NCBI GenBank assembly: GCA_963764165.1 | Contig: CAVXRD010000002.1 | Location: 96,001-160,000 of the forward strand | DNA length: 64,000 nt | Direction of reading: 5' to 3' | DNA from: an uncultured Verrucomicrobiae bacterium | GTDB lineage: Bacteria > Verrucomicrobiota > Verrucomicrobiia > Limisphaerales > Palsa-1400 | Shown here: piece by piece, positions 1 to 9,713 of the stretch | Layout of the letters: each line of letters begins with the position of its first letter | How positions within the stretch are numbered: position 1 is the stretch's first letter | Notes under the pieces: model-generated | What the model was told of the DNA's origin: nothing | The model's database searches: none | The model's input: only the letters and a program-made list of their open reading frames with translations | Position numbers and translations under genes: made by a program

Positions 1-19
1 GCTTGCTCACGGGGAGGGA

Positions 20-673
20 GTGATCTTGGTGCCCACATCGTCGCACTGGAATGCATTGCGCCCGCGTCTTGAGGCCGAGGGCGTGAATACTGAAGCCGCA
101 CAGAAGAGCGGTCAACTCACGGTTGTTGATGCCGATGGCCTTCTCCCGGAGTTTATGCGAGGTTCAATGCCCAATTCGCCGCTTTTCATGGGAGTCGCCG
201 CTGAAACCGTGGCCAGGGCGCGTGGAGGAGACCGTTTTACGAAGGTTCGCTGGTGGGGTGAAATGGTCAATGTCCTCTGGGAACAAGGTAATGTGGCAGG
301 AAGCATGAGCCTTGAAGACCAATTTCACCAACTGGCACGCGAGCAGGACATCGCGATCTTTTGCTCTTTCCTGATGGATAATTTCAATGGCGATGTACAT
401 ACGCGCATGATTCCAAGGCTCGGACAGAACCACACGCACTTGATTCCAGTAGAGGACTACTCTCGTCTGGAGCGGGCCGTTACGGACGCCCTTCGCGAAA
501 CGGTCGGCCCGCTTCAGGCTCAGGTCCTTGAAGGGCAAATTCTAAATGGCTTTAACGCACCTCTCAACGTGCCGCGACCCCAGGCGCTACTGATGGCGTT
601 ACGCGAGGCGCTGCCGCAGGTCGCTCATGCTGTGCTTGAGCGAAGCCGGAGTTTATACGCCTCCACATCATGA
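20..673 (+). CDS. MEDS-domain (DcmR-like sensory) protein, probably 5'-truncated by the window edge
   Basis: Motifs GQLTVVDA, VRWWGEMVNVLW and IFCSF resemble MEDS domains. The frame is open back to the window start. The stop overlaps the next start (ATGA). Confidence 0.7.
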   Translation: MILVPTSSHWNALRPRLEAEGVNTEAAQKSGQLTVVDADGLLPEFMRGSMPNSPLFMGVAAETVARARGGDRFTKVRWWGEMVNVLWEQGNVAGSMSLEDQFHQLAREQDIAIFCSFLMDNFNGDVHTRMIPRLGQNHTHLIPVEDYSRLERAVTDALRETVGPLQAQVLEGQILNGFNAPLNVPRPQALLMALREALPQVAHAVLERSRSLYASTS

Positions 674-3357
674 AAGGACCAATGAGTGAATCGGACGGGG
701 CTATAAAAGCCGTCCCGTTGCGAGCACTCGGCCTGGAAATCATCGAGAGCATTGATCTGCCCGTGCTGGTCATCGGGTGCGATTCCAAAATCTCCGGTTT
801 TAATCAGGCCGCTGCCACACTGTTCTCGCTTCGTCCATCGGATGTCGGACGATTGGCCCGCGAAATCCGCATTTTGTCGAGCATTAAGAGATTTGAGGAC
901 CTGTGCGCGGATGTGATCGGGGGCGGGCCAGCGTCCCAAGGCGAAGTGCGCGATACGAATGGATGCTGGTTCGTTCTCAGAATCGCAGCTTATCGGGGAA
1001 GCGATCAACAAATTAACGGCGCAGTCCTCACGCTCACCAACGTGACTGCCGTGCGTGAGAGCCTGGAACAAGCAGTGCATGACCGCGAGTACACGAAAGC
1101 GATCCTCAATACAGTCATTGATCCATTAGTGGTCCTTGATGAAGATTTACAGATTCAGACGGCAAATCAGGCGTTTTATACAATGTTACAGGTATCCCGC
1201 GAAGAGACACGCGGCGGCCGGCTTCCTGAGTTGGGAAGCACGGATTGGGTCATTGCGTTAGAGACGTTGCTGAAAAATAGCCGCTCCACGGATCTACCTG
1301 CTACCGCCATAGAAGTGGAGCATGAGTTCCCAACAATCGGCCATCGGAAGGTTTTGCTCAACGCACGTCCCATTTCAGGAAAGGGCAATTTCAAGCCCTT
1401 GATTCTTCTTTCGATCCACGACATCACGGAGCGCAAACGAGCGGAAGAAAGGTTGCGTGAGAACGAGCATCGCTTCCGCCAGATGATTGAGGCTCTTCCT
1501 GCGGCTGTATATACGACCGACGCTGAGGGCCGGCTTACTCATTTCAATCAAGCCGCTGTGGAGTTCTCCGGGCGCGTGCCGGACCTTAGCACGGACAAAT
1601 GGTGCGTAAGTTGGAAGCTCTATCGGCCTGACGGCACTCCCCTGCCTCACGACGAGTGCCCGATGGCCATTGCCCTGAAGGATGGCGCCACGATTAGCGG
1701 CGTGGAAGTCATTGCTGAGCGCCCTGATGGAACACGCGTCTGGTTTACGCCTTACCCGACGCCATTTCGCGACGGTGACGGGAGAATCGTGGGAGGCATC
1801 AATATGCTGGTGGACATCACTGAGCGTAAAAAGGCTGAGGAAGTGACCGCGCGACTTGCCGCAATCGTCGAGTATTCGGACGACGCAATCATTAGCAAAG
1901 ATCTCAATGGCGTTATTGCTACTTGGAATGAAAGTGCGGAGAGGCTCTTCGGTTACACAGCGCAAGAAGCCATCGGCCAACCCGTAACTATGCTCATTCC
2001 CTCAGAGCGCCTTGATGAGGAGCCTGGCATTCTTGAACGCATTCGAAAAGGGGAGTCTATTGAACATTATGAAACCATTCGGCGTCGAAAAGACGGAAAG
2101 CTTCTCGACATTTCGCTTTCGGTATCACCCATTGCGGACAGAGCAGGTCGCGTCGTAGGCGCGTCGAATATTTCCCGCGACATCACCGCGCGCAAACAAA
2201 TAGACCAAGCGTTGCGGGCATCTGAAGAGCGTTATCGCAACCTTTTTCGGTCAATTGATGAAGGGTTTTGCATAGTTGAAGTGGTTTTTGACGAGAACAA
2301 GAAACCGGTTGATTACATTTTTTTGGAAATCAATCCGGCTTTCGAGCGACAAACCGGAATCCAGAACGCCCACGGCCGAAGCATGAGGGAAATTGCGCCG
2401 CAGCACGAAGAACATTGGTTTCAACTGTATGGACAGATTGTTCTGACAGGCGAATCAAAACGGTTTGAATATCCGGCCGTCCAATTACAGCGCTGGTACG
2501 AAGGCTATGCTTACCGTATTGGCGAGGCTAACGTCAAAAAAGTTGGCATCATTTTCAACGATATTACGGAGCGCAAAAAAGCACAGGAAGTTTTGGAGCG
2601 CACCGTCACCGAGCGAACCGCCAAATTGCGCGCGACAGTCGAAGAGCTTGAGAGTTATTCCTACAGTATCGCCCACGACATGCGTGCGCCGCTTCGGGCG
2701 ATGCAAGGTTTCTCCGACATTCTGATCAAGGAATATGCTGCGAAAATCGATACTGACGGCCAGCGTTACTTGCGCCGAATTGCTCTGTCCGCAGACCGCA
2801 TGGATCACCTCATTGAGGATGTGCTTAACTACAGCAAAGTCGTCCGTGCGGAGTTGCCTTTGGAGTCGATAGCCATTGATACACTTTTACAAGGGATGCT
2901 GGAAACTTATCCTGTGTTCTTCCCGGATGAGGCCGATATCCAGGTGCAAACCCCCATGCCGAGAGTTGTCGGTAATGAGGCCGCTCTTACTCAGGTATTT
3001 TCAAATCTGCTCGGCAACGCGATCAAGTTCGTTACGCCCGGCCTCAAACCCATGATCCGCGTCTGGGCGGAGGAAGTTAATGTATCTTGTGCGTCCACTT
3101 CCTCGCACGATGGAATGAGTGGGAACGGTGAAGGCCGAGGCATTCGTTTTCTCGTGCAAGACAATGGTATCGGTATAGCCCCGGATCAGCACGAAAAGAT
3201 ATTCGAAATATTTCAACGGATCAACAAAAATACTCCCGGCACGGGCATCGGCCTAGCCATTGTCAAAAAAGCCGCGGAACGCATGGGGGGACGCGTAGGC
3301 GTGCAATCTTTTCCTGGCAAGGGAAGCACGTTCTGGCTAGAACTTCGAACGCCATAA
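670..3357 (+). CDS. Multi-PAS sensor histidine kinase (cytoplasmic)
   Basis: Several PAS/PAC units ending DITERK. H-box SYSIAHDMRAPL, N-box NLLGNAIKF, G1 DNGIGI, G2 GTGIGLAI. No obvious transmembrane segment. Confidence 0.95.
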   Translation: MKGPMSESDGAIKAVPLRALGLEIIESIDLPVLVIGCDSKISGFNQAAATLFSLRPSDVGRLAREIRILSSIKRFEDLCADVIGGGPASQGEVRDTNGCWFVLRIAAYRGSDQQINGAVLTLTNVTAVRESLEQAVHDREYTKAILNTVIDPLVVLDEDLQIQTANQAFYTMLQVSREETRGGRLPELGSTDWVIALETLLKNSRSTDLPATAIEVEHEFPTIGHRKVLLNARPISGKGNFKPLILLSIHDITERKRAEERLRENEHRFRQMIEALPAAVYTTDAEGRLTHFNQAAVEFSGRVPDLSTDKWCVSWKLYRPDGTPLPHDECPMAIALKDGATISGVEVIAERPDGTRVWFTPYPTPFRDGDGRIVGGINMLVDITERKKAEEVTARLAAIVEYSDDAIISKDLNGVIATWNESAERLFGYTAQEAIGQPVTMLIPSERLDEEPGILERIRKGESIEHYETIRRRKDGKLLDISLSVSPIADRAGRVVGASNISRDITARKQIDQALRASEERYRNLFRSIDEGFCIVEVVFDENKKPVDYIFLEINPAFERQTGIQNAHGRSMREIAPQHEEHWFQLYGQIVLTGESKRFEYPAVQLQRWYEGYAYRIGEANVKKVGIIFNDITERKKAQEVLERTVTERTAKLRATVEELESYSYSIAHDMRAPLRAMQGFSDILIKEYAAKIDTDGQRYLRRIALSADRMDHLIEDVLNYSKVVRAELPLESIAIDTLLQGMLETYPVFFPDEADIQVQTPMPRVVGNEAALTQVFSNLLGNAIKFVTPGLKPMIRVWAEEVNVSCASTSSHDGMSGNGEGRGIRFLVQDNGIGIAPDQHEKIFEIFQRINKNTPGTGIGLAIVKKAAERMGGRVGVQSFPGKGSTFWLELRTP

Positions 3358-3362
3358 GACCT

Positions 3363-3812
3363 ATGCAACTCAAACCGATTCTTTACGCAGAGGACGAAGA
3401 GGATGATGCCTTTTTTATGCAACGGGCCTTTCAGCAGGCTGACATTCCAAATCGGCTCATCATCGTTCCGGACGGTCAGAGCGCCATTGATTATCTTTCC
3501 GGGACTGGCCATGAAGCAGAAGGCAAGGAACGTGTGCTCCCTTGCCTCGTGCTGCTCGACTTGAACCTCCCTATCAAATCCGGCCTCGAAGTCTTGAAAT
3601 GGATTCGCACATGTCCCTCGGTTTCCGCAGTTCCCGTAATATGTGTGACTTCCTCAACCCAGGACTCGGACATTCATCGTGCATACATCATGGGGGCCAA
3701 TAGTTATCTCGTGAAGACGGCCAAGTCCGACAAACTGCTCGTCATGGTCAAAGCCATCAAGGACTACTGGCTGAATCAGGACCGCGCTGTGCAGGGTGGA
3801 ATGAATGACTAA
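3363..3812 (+). CDS. Single-domain response regulator (Rcp1-like receiver)
   Basis: ILYAEDEEDD, LVLLDLNLP, TSS, GANSYLVK. Starts 5 bp after the kinase stop. Confidence 0.93.
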   Translation: MQLKPILYAEDEEDDAFFMQRAFQQADIPNRLIIVPDGQSAIDYLSGTGHEAEGKERVLPCLVLLDLNLPIKSGLEVLKWIRTCPSVSAVPVICVTSSTQDSDIHRAYIMGANSYLVKTAKSDKLLVMVKAIKDYWLNQDRAVQGGMND

Positions 3813-3965
3813 ACAAAGCGGACTCCTTCCTCAGCTCCCAGTCCCTTTCCGCGAATAATTCCGTACGGCGAACTCGTCGGGCGCGCGCTGCTTGGAACGG
3901 AAGGGCGTTGATGTTGTTCAGGCTTCTGAACAATCTTGCTCGGTAATTTGTGGCACAATTCGTGT

Positions 3966-6761
3966 GTGCTTGCATGGAAGACACAAACGAACTTGGTGAA
4001 CGCCGAGACCTATTTTGACGAGCATTTGCGCATCGGCGAATACTACAACCAGGATGATCGAACGCTAGGTCGGTGGCAGGGATTCGGAGCGGAAAGGCTC
4101 GGTTTGCGGAATGCCGTTCAGCGGGACGATTTCCTGCAACTCTGCCAAAACCTGAATCCGGTCACCGGCGAACGGCTGACTCAGCGCCATAAAACTACTC
4201 GCCTTGAGTCCGGCCATGAAGTCGCTAATCGGCGCATTTTCTACGATTTCACGTTTTCGCCGCCCAAGTCGGTTTCGCTCCTGGCTCTCGTGGCGCAAGA
4301 CCAGCGATTGATTGAAGCCCATGAGCGGGCCGTCGTCTCGGCCTTGGCGGAACTGGAACAATTCGCCGCCACTCGTGTTCACGAGGCCGGCCAAATCAGT
4401 GACCGTTTAACGGGCAACATTATCGCCGCCACGTTCCGCCACGACACATCACGCGCCCTGGACCCGCATTTGCACACCCACTGCATTCTGTTCAACGCCA
4501 CGTATGATGACGTGGAAGGCCGTTGGAAGGCGATGGACAACTTTGAAATGCTCCAGGCCAAGAAATTCGTGGAGAATGTATATTATCATGAACTCGTCAA
4601 GGCCATGAAAACATGCGGTTACGAAATTCAGAATCATGCGCGAGGAGATTTCCAAGTGGAAGGTGTGGCCTCTGAGTTGTGCCAGCGGTTCTCCAAGCGG
4701 CATCAGGAAATTGACTCGCGCGAGGGGGAATTGCTGGCGCAAAAGCCAAGCCTGGCAAATGGCAACGTCATGGACATGCGCGAGAATATCGCGCACAAGG
4801 AACGACCGCGAAAGGTTAAAGACGTCACACCGTCCGCGTTGCAAAGCCGGTGGGACGGGGAACTGTCACAAACAGAAAAATCAAGTCTTTGCGGACTGGT
4901 TCAAGCCAGGGCAAATGAGGCAAGAGGACCCGTGCCTGACGCGGCGGACCGAGCGTTAAGCTGGGCGGAAGATCACCTGTTCAACCGTCATTCGGTTGTT
5001 CGTGAACATGAACTCTGGCGTCACGCGTTGGAACATGCGCGGGGTGAGGATTGGACGGTGGCGGAACTCAAAGGTGAGAGTCAGCGGCGAAACTACGTCT
5101 CCAACGAAAAGATGCACGGCAAGGTCACAACCCGCGAAATGCTCCTGCGAGAATATCAGATTGTCTCGCTGGCGCATGACGGAATTTCACGGTTCTGGCC
5201 ACTGGCTCCTGGTTTCATTCCGAAAGGACTGGCGGACGATCAGAAAAGGGCAGTCGAACGAATCCTAAACTCCCGAAACTTCATCACCCTGTTTCGGGGT
5301 GGCGCTGGCACAGGAAAGAGTTTTGCTCTGCAAGCGGTCAATCAGGGACTGACCGAAGCCGGCCATGCCGTGCTGGTCGTGACTCCGCAACGCCAGCAAG
5401 CGATTGATCTGGCCGCAGCGGGATTTCAGGAAACGCAAACGGTCAGTGAACTTTTGGCAAGGCAGCGAATGCCACGCGGCGGGGTCGTGCTGGTGGATGA
5501 AGCCGGTCAAATCGGCGCACAGCAAATGCTCGAACTCCTGAAACTGGTTCAAGCGAATGGCGGTCGGGTCATCCTCTCTGGCGACACCCGGCAGCATGGC
5601 GCGGTCGAGGCGTCGGACGCCTTGCGGGCGATTGAAAAGTATTCGGGCATAGTTCCGGCAGAATTGACGGAAATCCGCCGCCAGAATCCTGCCTTGGGCA
5701 AGACTGTCGGCGAAAAATCGTGGATCAAGGAGTATCGAGCAGCGGTGGCCGAAGCTCAGGCGGGAGACCTGGCCGCTTCATTTGACCGCCTCGACCGCTT
5801 GGGTGTTGTCATCGAATGCAACGATCAAACTCCGCGATTGGTTGCTCATTTCTTGGAACTAGCGGCACAAAAGCAGTCAAGCGTTGTCGTGTCACAAACA
5901 TGGGATGAGATTCATCGGCTCAATGAGAGCATTCGGAAAGGGTTGCAAGCGCGGGGATTGATTGACAAAGAGGAGGTGGTAGTCACGGCCTGCGAGCGCC
6001 GTGATCTCACGCCAGCTCAGAAGCGCGACAAGCGATTTTATAACGATGATTCAATTCTTGTCTTTCAACGGAGGACCGGCGGCATTGCCCGGGGGGAAAT
6101 GGGCAAGTTGTGGGACATCACTGACACCCATTTGCTGGTCGAAGCCGGTGGGCACATTCGTTCCGTCTCTTTCAATCAGTTGGAACACTTTCACGTCTGT
6201 CGGCCCAAACAACTGAAACTCGCCTCCGGCGACAGATTGCAACTCAAGAGCAACGGTGAGACTGGAACAGGCCGCAAACTCGCCAACGGCGAACTGGTCA
6301 CAGTTAAGTCAGTTTTATCGGATGGCCGCATCCGTCTGGCCGATGGCCGCATCTTGGAAAAGCACTACCGCGAATTTGTGCGGGGTTACGCCGTCACGTC
6401 CTATGCCTCCCAAGGCAAAACTGTGGACTACGTGCTGTTCTCGGATTCCGCCGTCAAAGCAGCCACGAACGATCAACAGTGGTACGTCACGACTTCGCGG
6501 GGCCGGAAAGGCATACGGATTTTTACCTTCGACAGACTTCAACTGCGGGAGAGCGTTGTCCGCTCTGGTCGCCGCACGCTGGCTTTGGAACTGGCGTGTG
6601 AACCGGAACGGATCGAAGAACTGAACGCGCGCCGCCGGGTAATGATGGTGGTCCGCCAGCGCGTACGACAGTTCATCTCCCAGCGCCGTTCGCCCGTCGC
6701 CCATAAACCTGAAATGAAAAATTATGAAAACCAGAGGCGTGGAACCCAAATCCGAATCTAA
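3966..6761 (+). CDS. MobF-family (TrwC/TraI-like) relaxase-helicase
   Basis: N-terminal tyrosines TYF..EYY, YDFTFSPPKSVS, HDTSRALDPHLHTH (HUH), FSKR, Walker A GGAGTGKS, Walker B VDEAG, GYAVTSYASQGKT. Start placed at GTG 3966 (MLAWK) rather than TTG 3936. Confidence 0.93.
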   Translation: MLAWKTQTNLVNAETYFDEHLRIGEYYNQDDRTLGRWQGFGAERLGLRNAVQRDDFLQLCQNLNPVTGERLTQRHKTTRLESGHEVANRRIFYDFTFSPPKSVSLLALVAQDQRLIEAHERAVVSALAELEQFAATRVHEAGQISDRLTGNIIAATFRHDTSRALDPHLHTHCILFNATYDDVEGRWKAMDNFEMLQAKKFVENVYYHELVKAMKTCGYEIQNHARGDFQVEGVASELCQRFSKRHQEIDSREGELLAQKPSLANGNVMDMRENIAHKERPRKVKDVTPSALQSRWDGELSQTEKSSLCGLVQARANEARGPVPDAADRALSWAEDHLFNRHSVVREHELWRHALEHARGEDWTVAELKGESQRRNYVSNEKMHGKVTTREMLLREYQIVSLAHDGISRFWPLAPGFIPKGLADDQKRAVERILNSRNFITLFRGGAGTGKSFALQAVNQGLTEAGHAVLVVTPQRQQAIDLAAAGFQETQTVSELLARQRMPRGGVVLVDEAGQIGAQQMLELLKLVQANGGRVILSGDTRQHGAVEASDALRAIEKYSGIVPAELTEIRRQNPALGKTVGEKSWIKEYRAAVAEAQAGDLAASFDRLDRLGVVIECNDQTPRLVAHFLELAAQKQSSVVVSQTWDEIHRLNESIRKGLQARGLIDKEEVVVTACERRDLTPAQKRDKRFYNDDSILVFQRRTGGIARGEMGKLWDITDTHLLVEAGGHIRSVSFNQLEHFHVCRPKQLKLASGDRLQLKSNGETGTGRKLANGELVTVKSVLSDGRIRLADGRILEKHYREFVRGYAVTSYASQGKTVDYVLFSDSAVKAATNDQQWYVTTSRGRKGIRIFTFDRLQLRESVVRSGRRTLALELACEPERIEELNARRRVMMVVRQRVRQFISQRRSPVAHKPEMKNYENQRRGTQIRI

Positions 6762-7101
6762 CGAAGTCCAGTGTTGGGGTGAGAATCCAAACGCTCAAAT
6801 GTTGCGCGTCGAATTGCGCGACGGAAGCGTCAATCTTTACCAGTATGCCTGGCTGGAACGGGTGCAATTCTTACCGGCAGAAGAAGCCGACAGCCTGACG
6901 CTGTTCTTCAACCGCCAATGCGTCCGCATCACTGGAAAAAAGCTCCGAGAATTGGTCTCGGCGTTCCAACGCATGGCCGTCGAATGGGTGAAAGAGCAGT
7001 CGGAACATTTCGATTCCGTCGGAACCTCTGACGGAGCTTGGGTGGAAAGCATTCAGATCGTAGAAAAGACACCAGCGTTGAAGGCCGATGGAAAAGACTA
7101 A
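6724..7101 (+). CDS. Hypothetical protein overlapping the relaxase 3' end
   Basis: 125-aa ORF with protein-like composition, overlapping the relaxase by 38 bp. No family recognised. Confidence 0.65.
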   Translation: MKTRGVEPKSESNEVQCWGENPNAQMLRVELRDGSVNLYQYAWLERVQFLPAEEADSLTLFFNRQCVRITGKKLRELVSAFQRMAVEWVKEQSEHFDSVGTSDGAWVESIQIVEKTPALKADGKD

Positions 7102-7156
7102 AATAGCCGTTCCCTGTTTGAAACGGGTTTGTCCATGACGAAGGCGGCTGAGGAGT

Positions 7157-8665
7157 TTACGCCGTTTTTGCAAGGAGCTGCGGCGCGGCGTGGACGTGAC
7201 GCTCGGCGCTAATTTTCGCGCGAAGCGTTGTCATGGTAGCTTCAGGAACGAGTGCCACAAATTCCTCGATCAAAACCTGACGATCCTCGATCTCATGCGG
7301 AAAAACTTCGCGGCCCATTGCCTCTTTTGCAATTTTCAAAAAACGCTCGGCAGGAAGGAGCCAGACTGGCTCGTTGAGTTGCCCCCAAAACACCTCAATC
7401 GGATTCTGGGATGCCCACCACGCATATCCGTATTTCGACTTCACCTGCCCGACGGTTTTCTTCTCCGCATTATTCGTTTCAACCGCGTGGCTGGCTTGAA
7501 CCGTTGTTTCCGCCACTGGAAGCGACAGGACATTCGACGCTGTTTCGGTGAAAACGACCTTCTGCGCCATCGTCGTTGAGTGCTGATCGCGCAAGTGTCC
7601 GTAAGTTTTCATTGCGAGCGCGCCGCCGTCCTTGTGACCGAGCCAGCGGGAGACTGTGGGTATGTCAACCCCGGATTCAATGCAGCGCGTGGCAAACAGA
7701 TGCCGCAAGTCGTGGTGCGTGAAACGGGTGATCCCCAATTTCTTGCAGGCCGAGTCAATTGCTTTCTGGCACTCGCGCACACCCATCACCGGCTGTTTCG
7801 CCCATTCCGCTTCACCGCGTTCGGCTCGGATGCGGTCAAGCAAACGACGCATATCGGAGATCATCGGAATGTTGCGAACTTCCCAGTTCTTCGTTCCGGT
7901 TTCGGGGTCGCCTTTGATCGAAATTCTTCCGTTGACCAAATCGCAGTCAGAGCCAAATACGCGGGCGGCTTCGCTTTTACGTGCGCCACTGTATGCAAAA
8001 AACTCAATTAAATCACCGCAAGGTTTGCTGAACCCACTGCCGGCATTTCTCACGGACGCAACGAGCGCAAGGAATTGATCGTGTTCGGGGAGCTTTAGAA
8101 TTTTTTGTCGCACCTTGACCTTCTTAATTTGATCAGCCGGATTGCCATAGCGAGCGCCAGAATCAATCGTAATTTTGATAATCTGTCGCAAAGTGCCCAC
8201 CGTGTTATTGAAAAACGAGGGACAATGCTTCTCGGCAAAACTGGAGGCCCAATGCAGGCAGTCGTTCGTTGAAATTTTCCTGGCATCCAAATTTTTCAAA
8301 TCGGGCCAGCTTTTGAGAAGGGCTTCGATTGTGTTTTTTCGATAGAGTTTAGCGCCCGGTTTCAGGTGTTGGGCTTCTTCAACGCGTTGCTGGTAAATAG
8401 CGACTGCATCGTCGAAAGTCATTTTCCCGCGCGCCGCCGCCTGATCTACCTCCACCCGGTGATTCTCCTGCTTGAGAAAATCTCCCAGGCGTAATTTTGC
8501 CACAGCAAGACGATCTGTCTTAAGTGATTTCCAAATCAGCTTGCCCTTAATGCGCGCTCTGGCGTAATATGTTCCTGACGCTGTACTGCGAACGAGATTG
8601 GCGATGGGCGTTTTTTGCCACTGCGGCTCTCGTTCGGATTCTGATTCTGTTTTGCTCTCGTTCAT
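7157..8665 (-). CDS. Tyrosine recombinase/integrase with C-terminal extension
   Basis: Catalytic motifs SGARKSE (R), TKN (K), HDLRH (HxxR), LGH, KTYGH (Y). Start placed at ATG 8665 (MNESK), directly after a sigma70 promoter. Confidence 0.93.
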   Translation of the reverse strand: MNESKTESESEREPQWQKTPIANLVRSTASGTYYARARIKGKLIWKSLKTDRLAVAKLRLGDFLKQENHRVEVDQAAARGKMTFDDAVAIYQQRVEEAQHLKPGAKLYRKNTIEALLKSWPDLKNLDARKISTNDCLHWASSFAEKHCPSFFNNTVGTLRQIIKITIDSGARYGNPADQIKKVKVRQKILKLPEHDQFLALVASVRNAGSGFSKPCGDLIEFFAYSGARKSEAARVFGSDCDLVNGRISIKGDPETGTKNWEVRNIPMISDMRRLLDRIRAERGEAEWAKQPVMGVRECQKAIDSACKKLGITRFTHHDLRHLFATRCIESGVDIPTVSRWLGHKDGGALAMKTYGHLRDQHSTTMAQKVVFTETASNVLSLPVAETTVQASHAVETNNAEKKTVGQVKSKYGYAWWASQNPIEVFWGQLNEPVWLLPAERFLKIAKEAMGREVFPHEIEDRQVLIEEFVALVPEATMTTLRAKISAERHVHAAPQLLAKTA

Positions 8666-8671
8666 GCAAAC

Positions 8672-8700
8672 AGTATAGAATACCGGTATAGAAAAGTCAA
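8672..8700 (-). promoter_or_regulatory. sigma70-type promoter of the integrase (leaderless)
   Basis: Minus strand TTGACT-17 bp-TATACT, then 6 nt to the ATG at 8665. Confidence 0.75.
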
Positions 8701-8716
8701 TTTTTAAACTTTGGTT

Positions 8717-8792
<76 letters not shown>

Positions 8793-9713
8793 AATTCCTT
8801 CCGGCAGATGAACAAAGGGGAGACTTCCTCTAAATTCCTCTAAAATTGCCCCGGTCGCCCCGCCAAACTCACTGAGGCGCAAGCCGGAAAAATTGATGGG
8901 ATCCGCTGATGGCGTTGGTGTAAGGGCTCGTGGCTGCTGGCAAATTGGTGTATGGCCCACCGACGTCGGAGGCCGCTTGCAAACCGAAATCCGCGCTTCC
9001 CCAAGTCAAAACGACGTTGCTGTCAGTCTTTTGAATCGCGAGCGGCGCGCCGAGCGAGACAAACGTAATGTCGGTGCTCCATCCACTGGCGCCAGTGCTC
9101 AGTTTGGTGACAACAAGGCGGTTGAAGTTTTGGTTTGGCGTCAAAACAAAAAGTTCCTCATTGATGTTCTCTGAAGTGCCAGAGACCAGCGTGCCCGCGC
9201 TCGCGTTCCATGTGGGCCATCGCGAATCCGGCGGCGAACCAACCGTCCCGGCGAAAGGCTGCCCTGCCCAGCCGGCGGTGCTCACCGGCATGTCAAATGT
9301 TTCATTGACGAAGGAAGCCTGAAACAAATATTGCTCCGGACCGTCGACATCCACCACCAGTATGCGATCCAACGGCGTCATGGGTATCGCAAAATCGAAC
9401 TGCACTGCGCCGCTTGCGTCCGACGTCATATCCAAATCCGCCAAATCACCGGCAGTTCCATCTCCAGTGCCGTTGCTGGCTGCTCCCACAAAATTTGCCA
9501 GGTAGGCGGGGTTGTTTGCGGATGACGAGCCTCCGAAGGTGTCGTAGGTCACTGCAACGGGGTCTGAGGTTTGGAGGACAACACTGAAATCATTCGTCGC
9601 CTTAAAATCGGAGATGAATACTCCGTTGGTGTTTAGCACGGTCGCGGCGTCCAGTCCGGCATCATTGATCCAGTGCGCAACAGCCAGGCTCCGCGCGCCT
9701 GCATGGTGGGCTA

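Larger units (their letters stand above)
1..8716. mobile_element. Probable integrative mobilisable element (right part; left end outside the window)
   Basis: Integrase and MobF relaxase next to a tRNA. The signalling genes to the left look less GC-skewed than the core genes (by eye). att sites not located, so boundaries are inferred. Confidence 0.6.
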
